NCBI GenBank assembly: GCA_030647435.1
Contig: JAUSJX010000081.1
Span: 2,913 to 66,912 of the forward strand
Reading direction: 5' to 3'
Source: Candidatus Rokuibacteriota bacterium
Lineage (GTDB): Bacteria; Methylomirabilota; Methylomirabilia; Rokubacteriales; CSP1-6
Length of the DNA: 64,000 nucleotides
A program made the translations under genes and the position numbers. Positions within the stretch are counted from its first letter, which is position 1. The number at the start of each line of letters is the position of its first letter. Below the pieces are notes generated by a model. That model was given only the letters and a program-made list of their open reading frames with translations. It had not been told where the DNA came from and ran no database searches. Below, piece by piece: positions 36,090 through 44,203 of the stretch.

Positions 36090-39064
36090 CCCGCCCGCTC
36101 CTCTCGGCCGCGCTCCTGCTTCTCTCCGTTGCCCCGGCTGCCGCCGTCGAGCCCGCGTTCAAGCTGCCGCCGCCAGACCTGGCCGAGGTCCTGCCGCTGG
36201 TCTCGCCGGCGCTGGACAAGCCGGCGCTTCCGGGCTCGCTCGCGGCGTATCCACCCTCGCCCCAACCCGTGCCGCCGCTGCCGCGGGCCCGCGTGGAGAC
36301 CGACCTCGCGGTCCAGCCCGTGGCGGCCGCGCCGCCGCCGCGCTTCCTCGCGTGCAACCCGCTCGGCACCGTGCTCGGCGTCGTCTCCGAGCTCGTCGAA
36401 TGCGGCCGCGCGCGCTTCCAGCGCGGCGAGTTCGAAGACGCGCGCGAAGCGCTCGACGGCGCCGCCAAGCGCGCGACCGAGGCGCCCCTGCTTCGAGAGG
36501 CGCGCTACTGGCTGGGCGAGACTTTGATCCGGCTCGGCCAGCCCGACCAGGCGGCGCAGGCGATGCTCCTCGTGGTCCAGGGCGACCCGCGCTCGGACGT
36601 GGGGTTTCACGCCGCGCTCAAGTATGGCTGGCTGTCGCTGATGGCGGGCGATCCGGCGCGGGGGCTCGCGACGCTGGACGCGCTCGTCAAGAGCGGTCCG
36701 CCTCCGGACCTCGTCCCCTGGGCGCAGCACGGCCGCGCCGTGGCGCTGTACGGTCTCGGGCGCTACGCCGAAGCGCGCGAGGTCTGGACCCGCCTCCTCG
36801 GCCGGACCCTGCCCGCGCCGGTGGCAGGAGAGGCGCCCTTCTGGCTCGGCGACACGCTGGGGCGGCTCGGCGAGTACAAGGAGGCCGTCGCGCGGCTCAA
36901 GACCTTTACCGGCGGCGGCCCGCGCCTCCAGATCGACACGGCGCTCCTGCGCCTCGCCTGGTGGAGCCGCGCGGCAGGTGAGCCGCTCGCGGCCGTGCAG
37001 ACCTACCGCGGGGTGATGTCGGCGTATCCGAAGATGCCCGAGATCCTCTGGGCGAGGGCCGGGCTCGCGCTGGCCCTCCTCGACCTCGACGACTATGCAG
37101 CCGCCCTCGCCGAAGCGCGCACGCTCGACGCCGCCGACAAGGCGGGCGCGCTCGGCCTGCCTGTACTCCTGGCAGTGGATCGTTGGGCGACTTCGAGCCG
37201 CCGCGCCGACGACGCGCGGGCGCTCGAGCAGGAGCTCCTCGGACGCACCCTCGAGCCCGCCACGCGCGCCTACGTCCTCCTGCTGGCCGGCGAGGTCGAG
37301 CGCGACGCCGGCCAGATGTCGGAGGCCCGCGGCCGCTTCGAGCTCGTCCTGGCGCGTCCCGGGGCGCCGGCGCTCGGCTGGTACGCGGGGCTGCGCCTGG
37401 CGCAGACGGATCTCGAGAGCCGCGAGATCGCCCAGGCGCGGACGCGCATCGACGCGCTCCTCAACGAGCCGCTGACGGCCGAGCTCCGCGGCGCGGCCCT
37501 CGCGCTCGGCGGCGAGGCCGCCTACGCCGGTCGCGCCTGGGACGAGGCCGCGGCGCGCTACAGCCGGTTTCTCGCCGAGTTCCCGACCTCGCCGCAGGCG
37601 CCCTCGGTCCTGCTGGCGCTAGGCTGGGCGGAGTTCCGCCGCGGGCGTCTCGAGGCGGCGCGCGACACCTGGACGCGCTTCGCCACGATTAACCGCGCCG
37701 ATCCGCGGGCGCCCGCCGCGCTCCTTCTGGCGGCGGAGCTCGCGGCGCGCTCGGGCGACACCGCGGGCGCCCGCGCGCTGCTCGACGGGCTCGTCACGCG
37801 CTACCCGGAAGGCGAGTACGCGGACATTGCGCGGCTCAACCGGTCGATCCTCGCCATCCGCGCCGGCCGGGCCCCGACTGTCCTCGCCGATCTCACGGAG
37901 CTGATCCGCCGCGCGCCGCTGTCTCCCTACGTCGGGCGGATGAGGCTCGCGCGCGGCGTGGTCCTCGTGACGACCGGCAAGGCCGCGGAGGCCGCGCGCG
38001 AGTTCAAGAGCGCGCAGGGGCAGGGCGAGGGCGCGTCGGCGAACCTGGGGCTCGGGCGCGTCGCTTTCGATCTCGGGCAGTGGGACGAGGCCGAGCGGGA
38101 ATTCGTCGAGGCGCGCGACACGGGGGCGGGCGCCGTCGCGGCTGCGGCCGAGTACGGCATGGCCGCCGTGTTGTGGAACCAGGGCAAGAGCGACGACTTC
38201 AAGCGCTTCGCCCAGGCGCTCCTCGCGCGGCCGGCCGATCCGGCGATCACGCCCTACGTGCTCGCGGCCGTGGCGGCGCTGGCGGCCGACGAGGGGCGGT
38301 GGAAGGACGCGCGCACGCTCGCGATGCGCGCGGTCAACGAGTTCCCGACGAGCGATGCCGCGCCGACGGCGCTGTCGCTCGTAGGCACGGCGGCCGCGCG
38401 CGCGGGGGAGTGGCCGGTGGCGAGCGAGAGCTTCCAGCTCCTGACCGGCCGCTACCCCGGCTACAAGACCGGACGCGAGGCGCGGCACGGCTACGCCGAG
38501 GCGGGCTATAGAACTGGCGCCCACGCGGAGGCGAGCGCGAGGCTCCAGGAGTTCATCGACGCATCGCCGAGGGACCCCGAGCTGCCGCGCGCGCTCGTAC
38601 TGCTGGGCCGTACCCGCGAGGCGGCCGGCGACGGGGCTGGGGCGCTCGACGTCTACACGCGCGTGGAGCGCGAGTTCCATGCCTTCCAGGGCGCGGCGCT
38701 TCTCGGCAACGCCAGGGTGCTCCTGCTCGCCGGAAACTGGGACGAGGCGCGGCCGCTCCTCGAGCGCGCGGTGGAGGCGGGGGATGGGGGGGTGGCTGCC
38801 GAGGCGGCGTACCGCCTCGGTGAAGGGCTCCGGGGCGCGGGCCGTCACCAGCAGGCCGTCGACTCGTACATGATGGCGGCCTACGTCGCGCCCGACACGC
38901 CGCTCGCGCGCCGCGCGCTCCTCGGCGCCGGGCAGTCGTTCACCGCGCTCAAGCAGCCCGACTCGGCGATCATCGTGTACAAGAAGCTGCTGGCGGGGAA
39001 GGGCGTCGAGCCGGACGTGGCCGACGCCGCGAAGAAGGGGCTGAAAGCTCTCGGGGTCAACTAA
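36086..39064 (+). CDS. Large secreted tetratricopeptide-repeat protein (992 aa)
   Basis: ATG at 36086 overlaps the upstream TGA. Signal peptide MTRPLLSAALLLLSVAPAAA, then extensive TPR-like repeats. The 1149-aa track ORF is over-extended. Confidence 0.65.
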   Translation: MTRPLLSAALLLLSVAPAAAVEPAFKLPPPDLAEVLPLVSPALDKPALPGSLAAYPPSPQPVPPLPRARVETDLAVQPVAAAPPPRFLACNPLGTVLGVVSELVECGRARFQRGEFEDAREALDGAAKRATEAPLLREARYWLGETLIRLGQPDQAAQAMLLVVQGDPRSDVGFHAALKYGWLSLMAGDPARGLATLDALVKSGPPPDLVPWAQHGRAVALYGLGRYAEAREVWTRLLGRTLPAPVAGEAPFWLGDTLGRLGEYKEAVARLKTFTGGGPRLQIDTALLRLAWWSRAAGEPLAAVQTYRGVMSAYPKMPEILWARAGLALALLDLDDYAAALAEARTLDAADKAGALGLPVLLAVDRWATSSRRADDARALEQELLGRTLEPATRAYVLLLAGEVERDAGQMSEARGRFELVLARPGAPALGWYAGLRLAQTDLESREIAQARTRIDALLNEPLTAELRGAALALGGEAAYAGRAWDEAAARYSRFLAEFPTSPQAPSVLLALGWAEFRRGRLEAARDTWTRFATINRADPRAPAALLLAAELAARSGDTAGARALLDGLVTRYPEGEYADIARLNRSILAIRAGRAPTVLADLTELIRRAPLSPYVGRMRLARGVVLVTTGKAAEAAREFKSAQGQGEGASANLGLGRVAFDLGQWDEAEREFVEARDTGAGAVAAAAEYGMAAVLWNQGKSDDFKRFAQALLARPADPAITPYVLAAVAALAADEGRWKDARTLAMRAVNEFPTSDAAPTALSLVGTAAARAGEWPVASESFQLLTGRYPGYKTGREARHGYAEAGYRTGAHAEASARLQEFIDASPRDPELPRALVLLGRTREAAGDGAGALDVYTRVEREFHAFQGAALLGNARVLLLAGNWDEARPLLERAVEAGDGGVAAEAAYRLGEGLRGAGRHQQAVDSYMMAAYVAPDTPLARRALLGAGQSFTALKQPDSAIIVYKKLLAGKGVEPDVADAAKKGLKALGVN

Positions 39065-39591
39065 TCGAGGGCGGCCACGACGTCGGACATCGGTGCGTGG
39101 TCACCCGCAAAGCGGTCCCGCCACTCGTAGCGCACGCGATCCGCCGGCCCCAGCACGAACACGCCGCCCTGCTGCACCGGATCCCCCCGCCGCGCGCCCT
39201 GCCTGAAGCCCTTCGCGAACGCCCGCAGACCCTTCACGAAGCTCCCGGGATGGAAGGTCCTGCCCCAGCCATAGGCGAGGCCGGCCGCGCGGAAGGCCTC
39301 CAGCGACGGGTCCGCGTAGAGCGGGCCCGCGTAGCCCGTGACTTCACGGAAACCCTTCAGGTACTCGGGCTTTCCCGGCCCGACGACGACGAGCGCGGCG
39401 CCCCGCCGGACTATCGAGGGCTCGGCGGCGGCCAGGTCAGCGACCTGCTGACGACAGAAGATTCAGCCGAAGTGGCGGACGAAGGCGAGGACGGCCTGCT
39501 GGTCGGCCCAGGAGCCGCCGAGCGTGACGGCGCGACCCTCGGCGTCGAGGACCGTGAGGCGCGCGAGCCGCGATGCCACAGTGTCGGACAT
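39061..39591 (-). CDS. Candidate selenoprotein: AhpC/TSA-like (Prx-like, PF13911-type) thiol-disulfide oxidoreductase with in-frame UGA (Sec43) in a U-x-x-C motif
   Basis: Minus-strand ORF from ATG 39591: MSDTVASRLARLTVLDAEGRAVTLGGSWADQQAVLAFVRHFG-[TGA 39465..39463]-IFCRQQVADLAAAEPSIVRRGAALVVVGPGKPEYLKGFREVTGYAGPLYADPSLEAFRAAGLAYGWGRTF...RVRYEWRDRFAGDHAPMSDVVAALD, ending TAG at 39063..39061. The reading frame continues through the TGA for a further 133 codons. The TGA sits at the first position of the redox dyad, where family members typically have Cys. Missed by the ORF track. Confidence 0.65.
39430..39462 (-). promoter_or_regulatory. Bacterial SECIS-like hairpin immediately downstream of the in-frame UGA
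   Basis: mRNA reads UGA-AUCUUCUGUC-GUCAGC-AGGUC-GCUGAC: a perfect 6-bp stem with a 5-nt loop containing GGUC, beginning 10-11 nt after the UGA. This spacing and loop are reminiscent of the E. coli fdhF SECIS apical loop. Confidence 0.55.
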
Positions 39592-39649
39592 GGCGCGATT
39601 CTACCCGCTTCCGGGTACTGGGCCAATTTGCTTTGCCAGATTTACTCAG

Positions 39650-39790
39650 CCCTTGCCTCACGGCGGGGCCGCTCAGCTCGAACCTCCACGTTCTCGGTCG
39701 CCAGCGACGCTCAACGTACACCCACGTACGCCTCGCGTGACTGGCTCCCTCGGGCCTCGTCTGGCTCGCAACCTGGCCCAGTACCGGACG
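39650..39790 (-). repeat. Degenerate copy of repeat family R1 with an R2-like tail
   Basis: Reverse complement contains cgcgaggcgtacgtgggtgtacgttgagcgtcg, which matches the R1 core, and ends ...ccgtgaggcaagggctgag, which resembles R2. Confidence 0.5.
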
Positions 39791-39812
39791 ACGGCGCCGC
39801 CGCGCGGGAGGA

Positions 39813-40529
39813 TTAGCGGGGGCCGATACCGAATAGTCGGAGCACGGCACGGCGCCTGAGCGCCAGGATCGAGTCCGTGGGCGAGATCTCCATGGGACAG
39901 ACGGCGGTGCAGTTGGCCTGGCCGTGACAGCGCGTCAACACGTCCTCGGCGAGCACCGCCTGGCTGCGATCGGCATGAGCCCCGTCGCGGCTGTCCCGCT
40001 GGAGCGTGAAGACGCGGTTCAGCGCCGCGGGCCCGGGGAAGCGCGGGTCGTGGCTGACCATGGTGCAGGCCGAGACGCACATGCCGCAGCCGATGCACTC
40101 GATCGCGGCGTCGATGGCGCGCCGCTCGCGCGTGCGCGAGCCGATCAGGGCGAACCCGTCGCCGTCCATCGCCCGGCGGCCGGGGACGAAGACCGCCTTC
40201 ATCTCCAGCATCTTGTTCTTGATCGGAGCCATGTCGACGACGAGGTCGCGGATCAAGGGGAACTGGTACAGCGGCCGGACGGTCACCGGCCCGCGGTCGA
40301 GATTCGAGAGCAAGGTCCGGCAGGCCCAGCGCTCGCGGCCGTTGACGACCATGGCGCAGGAGCCGCACATGCCCACGCGGCAGGCGTAGCGAAAGGCGAG
40401 CGTCGCATCGGAGTTTCGCTGGAGCTCGACCAGCGCGTCGAGGACCGTCATGCCCTGGAGGGCCTTGACCCAGTACTTCTGCAGGCGCTCGCGCGAGCCC
40501 GGGCTCCAGCGGAAGACCTTCAGTACCAT
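39813..40529 (-). CDS. sdhB: Succinate dehydrogenase/fumarate reductase iron-sulfur subunit
   Basis: 2Fe-2S motif CRVGMCGSC, then CIGCGMCVSAC and CHGQANCTAVCP cluster motifs. ATG at 40529. Confidence 0.8.
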   Translation of the reverse strand: MVLKVFRWSPGSRERLQKYWVKALQGMTVLDALVELQRNSDATLAFRYACRVGMCGSCAMVVNGRERWACRTLLSNLDRGPVTVRPLYQFPLIRDLVVDMAPIKNKMLEMKAVFVPGRRAMDGDGFALIGSRTRERRAIDAAIECIGCGMCVSACTMVSHDPRFPGPAALNRVFTLQRDSRDGAHADRSQAVLAEDVLTRCHGQANCTAVCPMEISPTDSILALRRRAVLRLFGIGPR

Positions 40530-40828
40530 CGCCACCTCCAGATGGCCGCGAAGGCCGCCACGCCGACCAGGAGCGCCAGCAGGAAGAGCAGCCGGTGCCA
40601 GCGCGCCGGCAGGCCGAAGTCGAGGAGGATGGCGCGCACGCCAAGCAGGCCGTGGAAGAGCACGAGGGCGAGGAGCGCCGCCTGGACGGGGCGCGCGAAG
40701 GGGTTCTTCAGGTGCGCCGCGATCACCGCCACGAGGCCGATGGCCGCGACGCGCTGGAGCAGCCACGCCCACATGCCCACCTTGGTGTCCCGCCACGCCT
40801 CGGCGGAGCCCATGCGGCGCGTGAGCAT
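40520..40828 (-). CDS. sdhC: Succinate dehydrogenase hydrophobic membrane-anchor subunit (single small anchor)
   Basis: ~100-aa protein with 3 TM helices and conserved His residues. Overlaps the sdhB start by 10 nt. Confidence 0.5.
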   Translation of the reverse strand: MLTRRMGSAEAWRDTKVGMWAWLLQRVAAIGLVAVIAAHLKNPFARPVQAALLALVLFHGLLGVRAILLDFGLPARWHRLLFLLALLVGVAAFAAIWRWRWY

Positions 40829-40863
40829 CTTCCGGTCACGGACCGGCTCGGCGCGCCGCGCGC

Positions 40864-42567
40864 TCAATCCCCGACCTCAACGCCTGTCGGCTGGCGCTCG
40901 CCGTCGGGCGCGAGGCGCGTGAGCCGCGTCGGCTCTTTCCAGACGCGCAAGCCCGCCGTGTCGCCGCCGGCGACGTGGATGTTGTACAGCTCGGCGCCGG
41001 TGTCCGGGTGGTCGCGGCGGAAGTGCGAGCCGCGGCTCTCCTCGCGCTCGAGCGCGCTGCGCGCGATGAGCCAGGCGGCTGCGACCTGGTTCTGGAGGTT
41101 GAGCCAGTCCTGCCACGCGAGGTTGTAGGTCGTCCCGCCCGGCACGGCCGCCCTTGGCGCGCGCTGGCCGATGTCCTCGATCTCGCGGAGCGCCGCCTTG
41201 AGGCCCGAGGCCTGACGCACGAGGCCCACCTGCTCCCACATGACGTCGCGCAGCCGCTGCTGGAGCGCGTAGAGACCCTCGCCGCCCTCACCGCGCCCGA
41301 GGGGTTCGACTATGCGGGCCGCCGGCGCCTCGACGTCCGGCGTGGACAACCGCGGCAGGGACCGGCCCACGACCCACTCCGCCATCACGTCGCCCGCGAT
41401 CCCGCCGAAGACGGTCGAGTCGGCCACGCCATTGCCCCCCAGCCGATTCGCGCCGTGGACGCCACCCGCATCCTCGCCGGCGGCGAAGAGTCCCTCAATG
41501 GCGGTCCGGCACGAGGCGTCGATGACCACCCCGCCCATCATGAAGTGCGCCGTCGGGCCCACTTCGACCGGCTCGCGGGCCAGATCCCGACCGAAGTCGC
41601 GGCAGCGCTTGACCATGCCCCGGAAGTTGGTCTCGACGAGCTTCGCGCCAAGGTGAGACACATCGATCCACACGCCGCCGTTCGGGCTGCCGAGGCCCTC
41701 CTGCACCTCGGTGAAGCAGGCGCGCGCGACGAGGTCGCGCGTGGAGCGCTCCATGCGCCCCGGATCGTAGCGCGACATGAAGCGCTCGCCCTTGCCGTTG
41801 AGGAGCCTGCCCCCCGCCCCCCGGAGCCCCTCTTCGAGCAGCGCGCCGGTCATGAGCGAGTTCGGCACGACGAGGCCCGTGGGATGGAACTGCACCATCT
41901 CCATGTCCTTAACGGGGGCGCCGGCGCGCAGCGCCAGCGCGATGCCGTCTGCGGCCTTGTCCGCCGAGCAGGCGATGACGCGGTACATCGTCGGCCCGCC
42001 GCCCATCGCGAGCAGCGTGGCGCGGCTGCGCACCGCGGTGAAGCTCCCGCGGCGGATGTCGAGCACGAGCGCCCCGCCGACGCGGCCGGCGCCGTCGCTG
42101 AGCAGCTCGACCGCCCGGTGTTCCTCCAGCGCGCGAATGGAAGGGCGAATCCACACCTGCTCGGTCAGCCGGTTCATGATCTCGATGCCGGTCAGATCTC
42201 CCTTGTGGATGGTCCGGTCGTGCGTCTGGCCGGCGAAGGGCTTCTGGTGGATGCGGCCGTCGGGGTGGCGGTCGAAGAAGCAGCCGTAGCGGCTCTCGAG
42301 CTCCAGCACGCGCCCGGGCGCCTCGGTGACGAGCGTCCAGACGAGCTCCTGGTCGTTGATCCAGCCGCCGCCCGCAAGGGTATCGAGGAGGTGCGCGTCG
42401 AGAGAGTCGGGGGAGGCGAGTACGGCGTTGTAGCCGCCCTGGACCATCCGCGTGCAGCCCGCGCGGCCGAGCAACCCCTTGACGACGACGGTCACCGACA
42501 GGTGCGGCGAGCGGTCCGCGGCGTGCAGGGCGGCGCAGAGCCCGGCGCCGCCGGCGCCCAGGATCAA
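40864..42567 (-). CDS. sdhA: Succinate dehydrogenase/fumarate reductase flavoprotein subunit
   Basis: FAD loop ILGAGGAGLCAAL and catalytic motifs HPTGL, HFMMGGV and RLGGNGVADS. TTG start at 42567. The upstream in-frame sequence (ETDLLILG) has no canonical start codon. Confidence 0.85.
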   Translation of the reverse strand: MILGAGGAGLCAALHAADRSPHLSVTVVVKGLLGRAGCTRMVQGGYNAVLASPDSLDAHLLDTLAGGGWINDQELVWTLVTEAPGRVLELESRYGCFFDRHPDGRIHQKPFAGQTHDRTIHKGDLTGIEIMNRLTEQVWIRPSIRALEEHRAVELLSDGAGRVGGALVLDIRRGSFTAVRSRATLLAMGGGPTMYRVIACSADKAADGIALALRAGAPVKDMEMVQFHPTGLVVPNSLMTGALLEEGLRGAGGRLLNGKGERFMSRYDPGRMERSTRDLVARACFTEVQEGLGSPNGGVWIDVSHLGAKLVETNFRGMVKRCRDFGRDLAREPVEVGPTAHFMMGGVVIDASCRTAIEGLFAAGEDAGGVHGANRLGGNGVADSTVFGGIAGDVMAEWVVGRSLPRLSTPDVEAPAARIVEPLGRGEGGEGLYALQQRLRDVMWEQVGLVRQASGLKAALREIEDIGQRAPRAAVPGGTTYNLAWQDWLNLQNQVAAAWLIARSALEREESRGSHFRRDHPDTGAELYNIHVAGGDTAGLRVWKEPTRLTRLAPDGERQPTGVEVGD

Positions 42568-42652
42568 AAGATCGGTCTCGAGGATGTCGATGGCGCGCTC
42601 CGCGGTGACTATAGCCCCGGGCCGGGTCCGGGCGCAATCCGACGAGGCGCCC

Positions 42653-43336
42653 TCAGCGGGCGGGCGCCTTGAGCAGGTAGTCGAGGAGCTCGCGGGTCGG
42701 GCCCTCTGCCCACGAGCGGGTGCCCGTCACGCGGCCGACCAGCTTGTGATCGCGGCCGATCAGGTAGAGCGTGGGCACCACTTTGACCTTGTAGATGTCG
42801 GTCACGCCGCCGTCTCCGTCGAGGAGGAAGACCGGCGAGAGCCCACGGCTCTTCACCCAGGGCGCGACCGCTTCCGACGTCTCCTTCGTGGTGACGGCCA
42901 GCACCGTAAAGCGGCGCGGGAGAAGCTCGCGCTGGAGCTTGTCGATGGTCAACGACAGCTCGTCCGAGGCGTAGGGCGACGTCGTGCTCCAGAAGTAGAG
43001 CAGGACCACCTGCCCCGCGAAGTCGGAGAGGGCCACGCGCTTGCCGTCGGCGCGCAGCAGGGTGAAGGAGGGCGGGTCCTTGCCGACGAGCGGGAAGAGC
43101 CGGGCCGCCTCGACCAGCCGGTCGAGCTCGGTCTTATCCCTCAGCTTGTTCCGGTCCCGCTCCCGCTTGTAGAGGTCGTATTGCCACGGCTGCATCCTCT
43201 TCTCTATCGCGCGCTCCCGGGCCTCCTCGCGCTCTCGCTCCTCCTCCGTGTCCACCTGCCCCTGCGCCGGGGGGAGCCAAGCGACCAGGAGTACCAACAG
43301 GATCGCGAGTGCGCCCGCGCGGCGGGATGCGCTCAC
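42653..43336 (-). CDS. Secreted TlpA/redoxin-like thioredoxin-fold protein lacking the CxxC active site
   Basis: Signal peptide plus a TlpA-like fold (VVLLYFWSTTSPYASDEL). Both active-site cysteines are replaced, so it is predicted redox-inactive. Confidence 0.55.
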   Translation of the reverse strand: MSASRRAGALAILLVLLVAWLPPAQGQVDTEEEREREEARERAIEKRMQPWQYDLYKRERDRNKLRDKTELDRLVEAARLFPLVGKDPPSFTLLRADGKRVALSDFAGQVVLLYFWSTTSPYASDELSLTIDKLQRELLPRRFTVLAVTTKETSEAVAPWVKSRGLSPVFLLDGDGGVTDIYKVKVVPTLYLIGRDHKLVGRVTGTRSWAEGPTRELLDYLLKAPAR

Positions 43337-43653
43337 GCCGGCTTGACCTCGGCCGAGCCCTCGAAGCGCGATCCGTGGCTGTCGAAGAACGTGACCTTGA
43401 GCGGCCCGGGCTCGGTGACCCTGAACGCGAAGCCGAACGACGGGTTCTCGCCGATCGAGGTCGAGGTGTCGAACTCCGCGATGTCGCGGCCGAGGTAGTT
43501 GACGACGATGCGGTTGACGAAGCGGTAGTTCCTGTCCACCGACTTCCCGTCCTTGCGCTCGACGCGCTCGTTGGGGTGGATCAGGAGCGCCCGCGCCCGC
43601 GCGACCGACCCGCGCGCGACCGAGTCCGGCACCCTGATCTTCACCTGCCCCAT
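43333..43653 (-). CDS. soxZ: Thiosulfate-oxidation carrier complex protein SoxZ
   Basis: 106 aa: MGQVKIRVPDSVARGSVARARALLIHPNE...NRIVVNYLGRDIAEFDTSTSIGENPSFGFAFRV...KVTFFDSHGSRFEGSAEVKPA. ATG at 43653. Only visible on the track as the tail of an over-long ORF. Confidence 0.75.
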   Translation of the reverse strand: MGQVKIRVPDSVARGSVARARALLIHPNERVERKDGKSVDRNYRFVNRIVVNYLGRDIAEFDTSTSIGENPSFGFAFRVTEPGPLKVTFFDSHGSRFEGSAEVKPA

Positions 43654-43658
43654 GGTGC

Positions 43659-44147
43659 TCACGCGGCGCACCCCGCGACGACCACGCGGACGCTCCGCTT
43701 GACCATGAGGAGCGCGCCGTCCTGCATCTCCGCCACGGCGCGCACGTCTCCGGTGTCGGCCAGCCGGAGGTTGGCGGCCACGTACGCCTGGCCGCACGCC
43801 GGCGTGAGGCTGAACTTCGCGTTGAGCGGCCGCGGGTTCTTGTCGGACATGACGTAGATGGTCTTGACGTAGCTCTGCGGCGTCATCGGCGACTTGACCT
43901 CGACCGACATGGCCACGTTGCCGCCGTCTTCCGCGATGAGCGGCAACTCGAGCGTGATGACCTGGGATCCGTCCTTGATCGGGCGGCTCCCGAACAGCCG
44001 CTGCATGGTTTTCTCGACGGGCTCCTCGGGGGCAAGGTTGGCGAGGAAGCCTTGAGCGCGCGCCTTGGCGTGAGGCCAAGCGGCGGCAAGCGCCGCCGCG
44101 GCGGCCCCCATGAACACTTCTCTCCTGGTCACCCCCTGCCGAGCCAT
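43659..44147 (-). CDS. soxY: Sulfur carrier protein SoxY (Tat-exported)
   Basis: Tat motif TRREVF, a SoxY beta-sandwich, and a C-terminal swinging-arm Cys in the variant motif VVVAGCAA-COOH (canonical GGCGG). Confidence 0.7.
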   Translation of the reverse strand: MARQGVTRREVFMGAAAAALAAAWPHAKARAQGFLANLAPEEPVEKTMQRLFGSRPIKDGSQVITLELPLIAEDGGNVAMSVEVKSPMTPQSYVKTIYVMSDKNPRPLNAKFSLTPACGQAYVAANLRLADTGDVRAVAEMQDGALLMVKRSVRVVVAGCAA

Positions 44148-44203
44148 GGCTCCCCGCTTAACCATGGCTCCATGATGCCGCGCTTCACGACCAAGTCAAA
44201 GGC

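Noticed and set aside
39660-39700. tRNA-like T-arm motif (GGTTCGAGC) on the minus strand
   Set aside because: It has no flanking acceptor or D-arm complementarity and lies inside the R1/R2 repeat mosaic. No tRNA cloverleaf could be assembled.
39097-39859. Track ORFs at 39097-39816 (+), 39411-39626 (-), 39437-39850 (-) and 39524-39859 (+)
   Set aside because: All are alternate frames or antisense of the selenoprotein candidate and the R1 repeat. None shows a protein-like composition or motifs.
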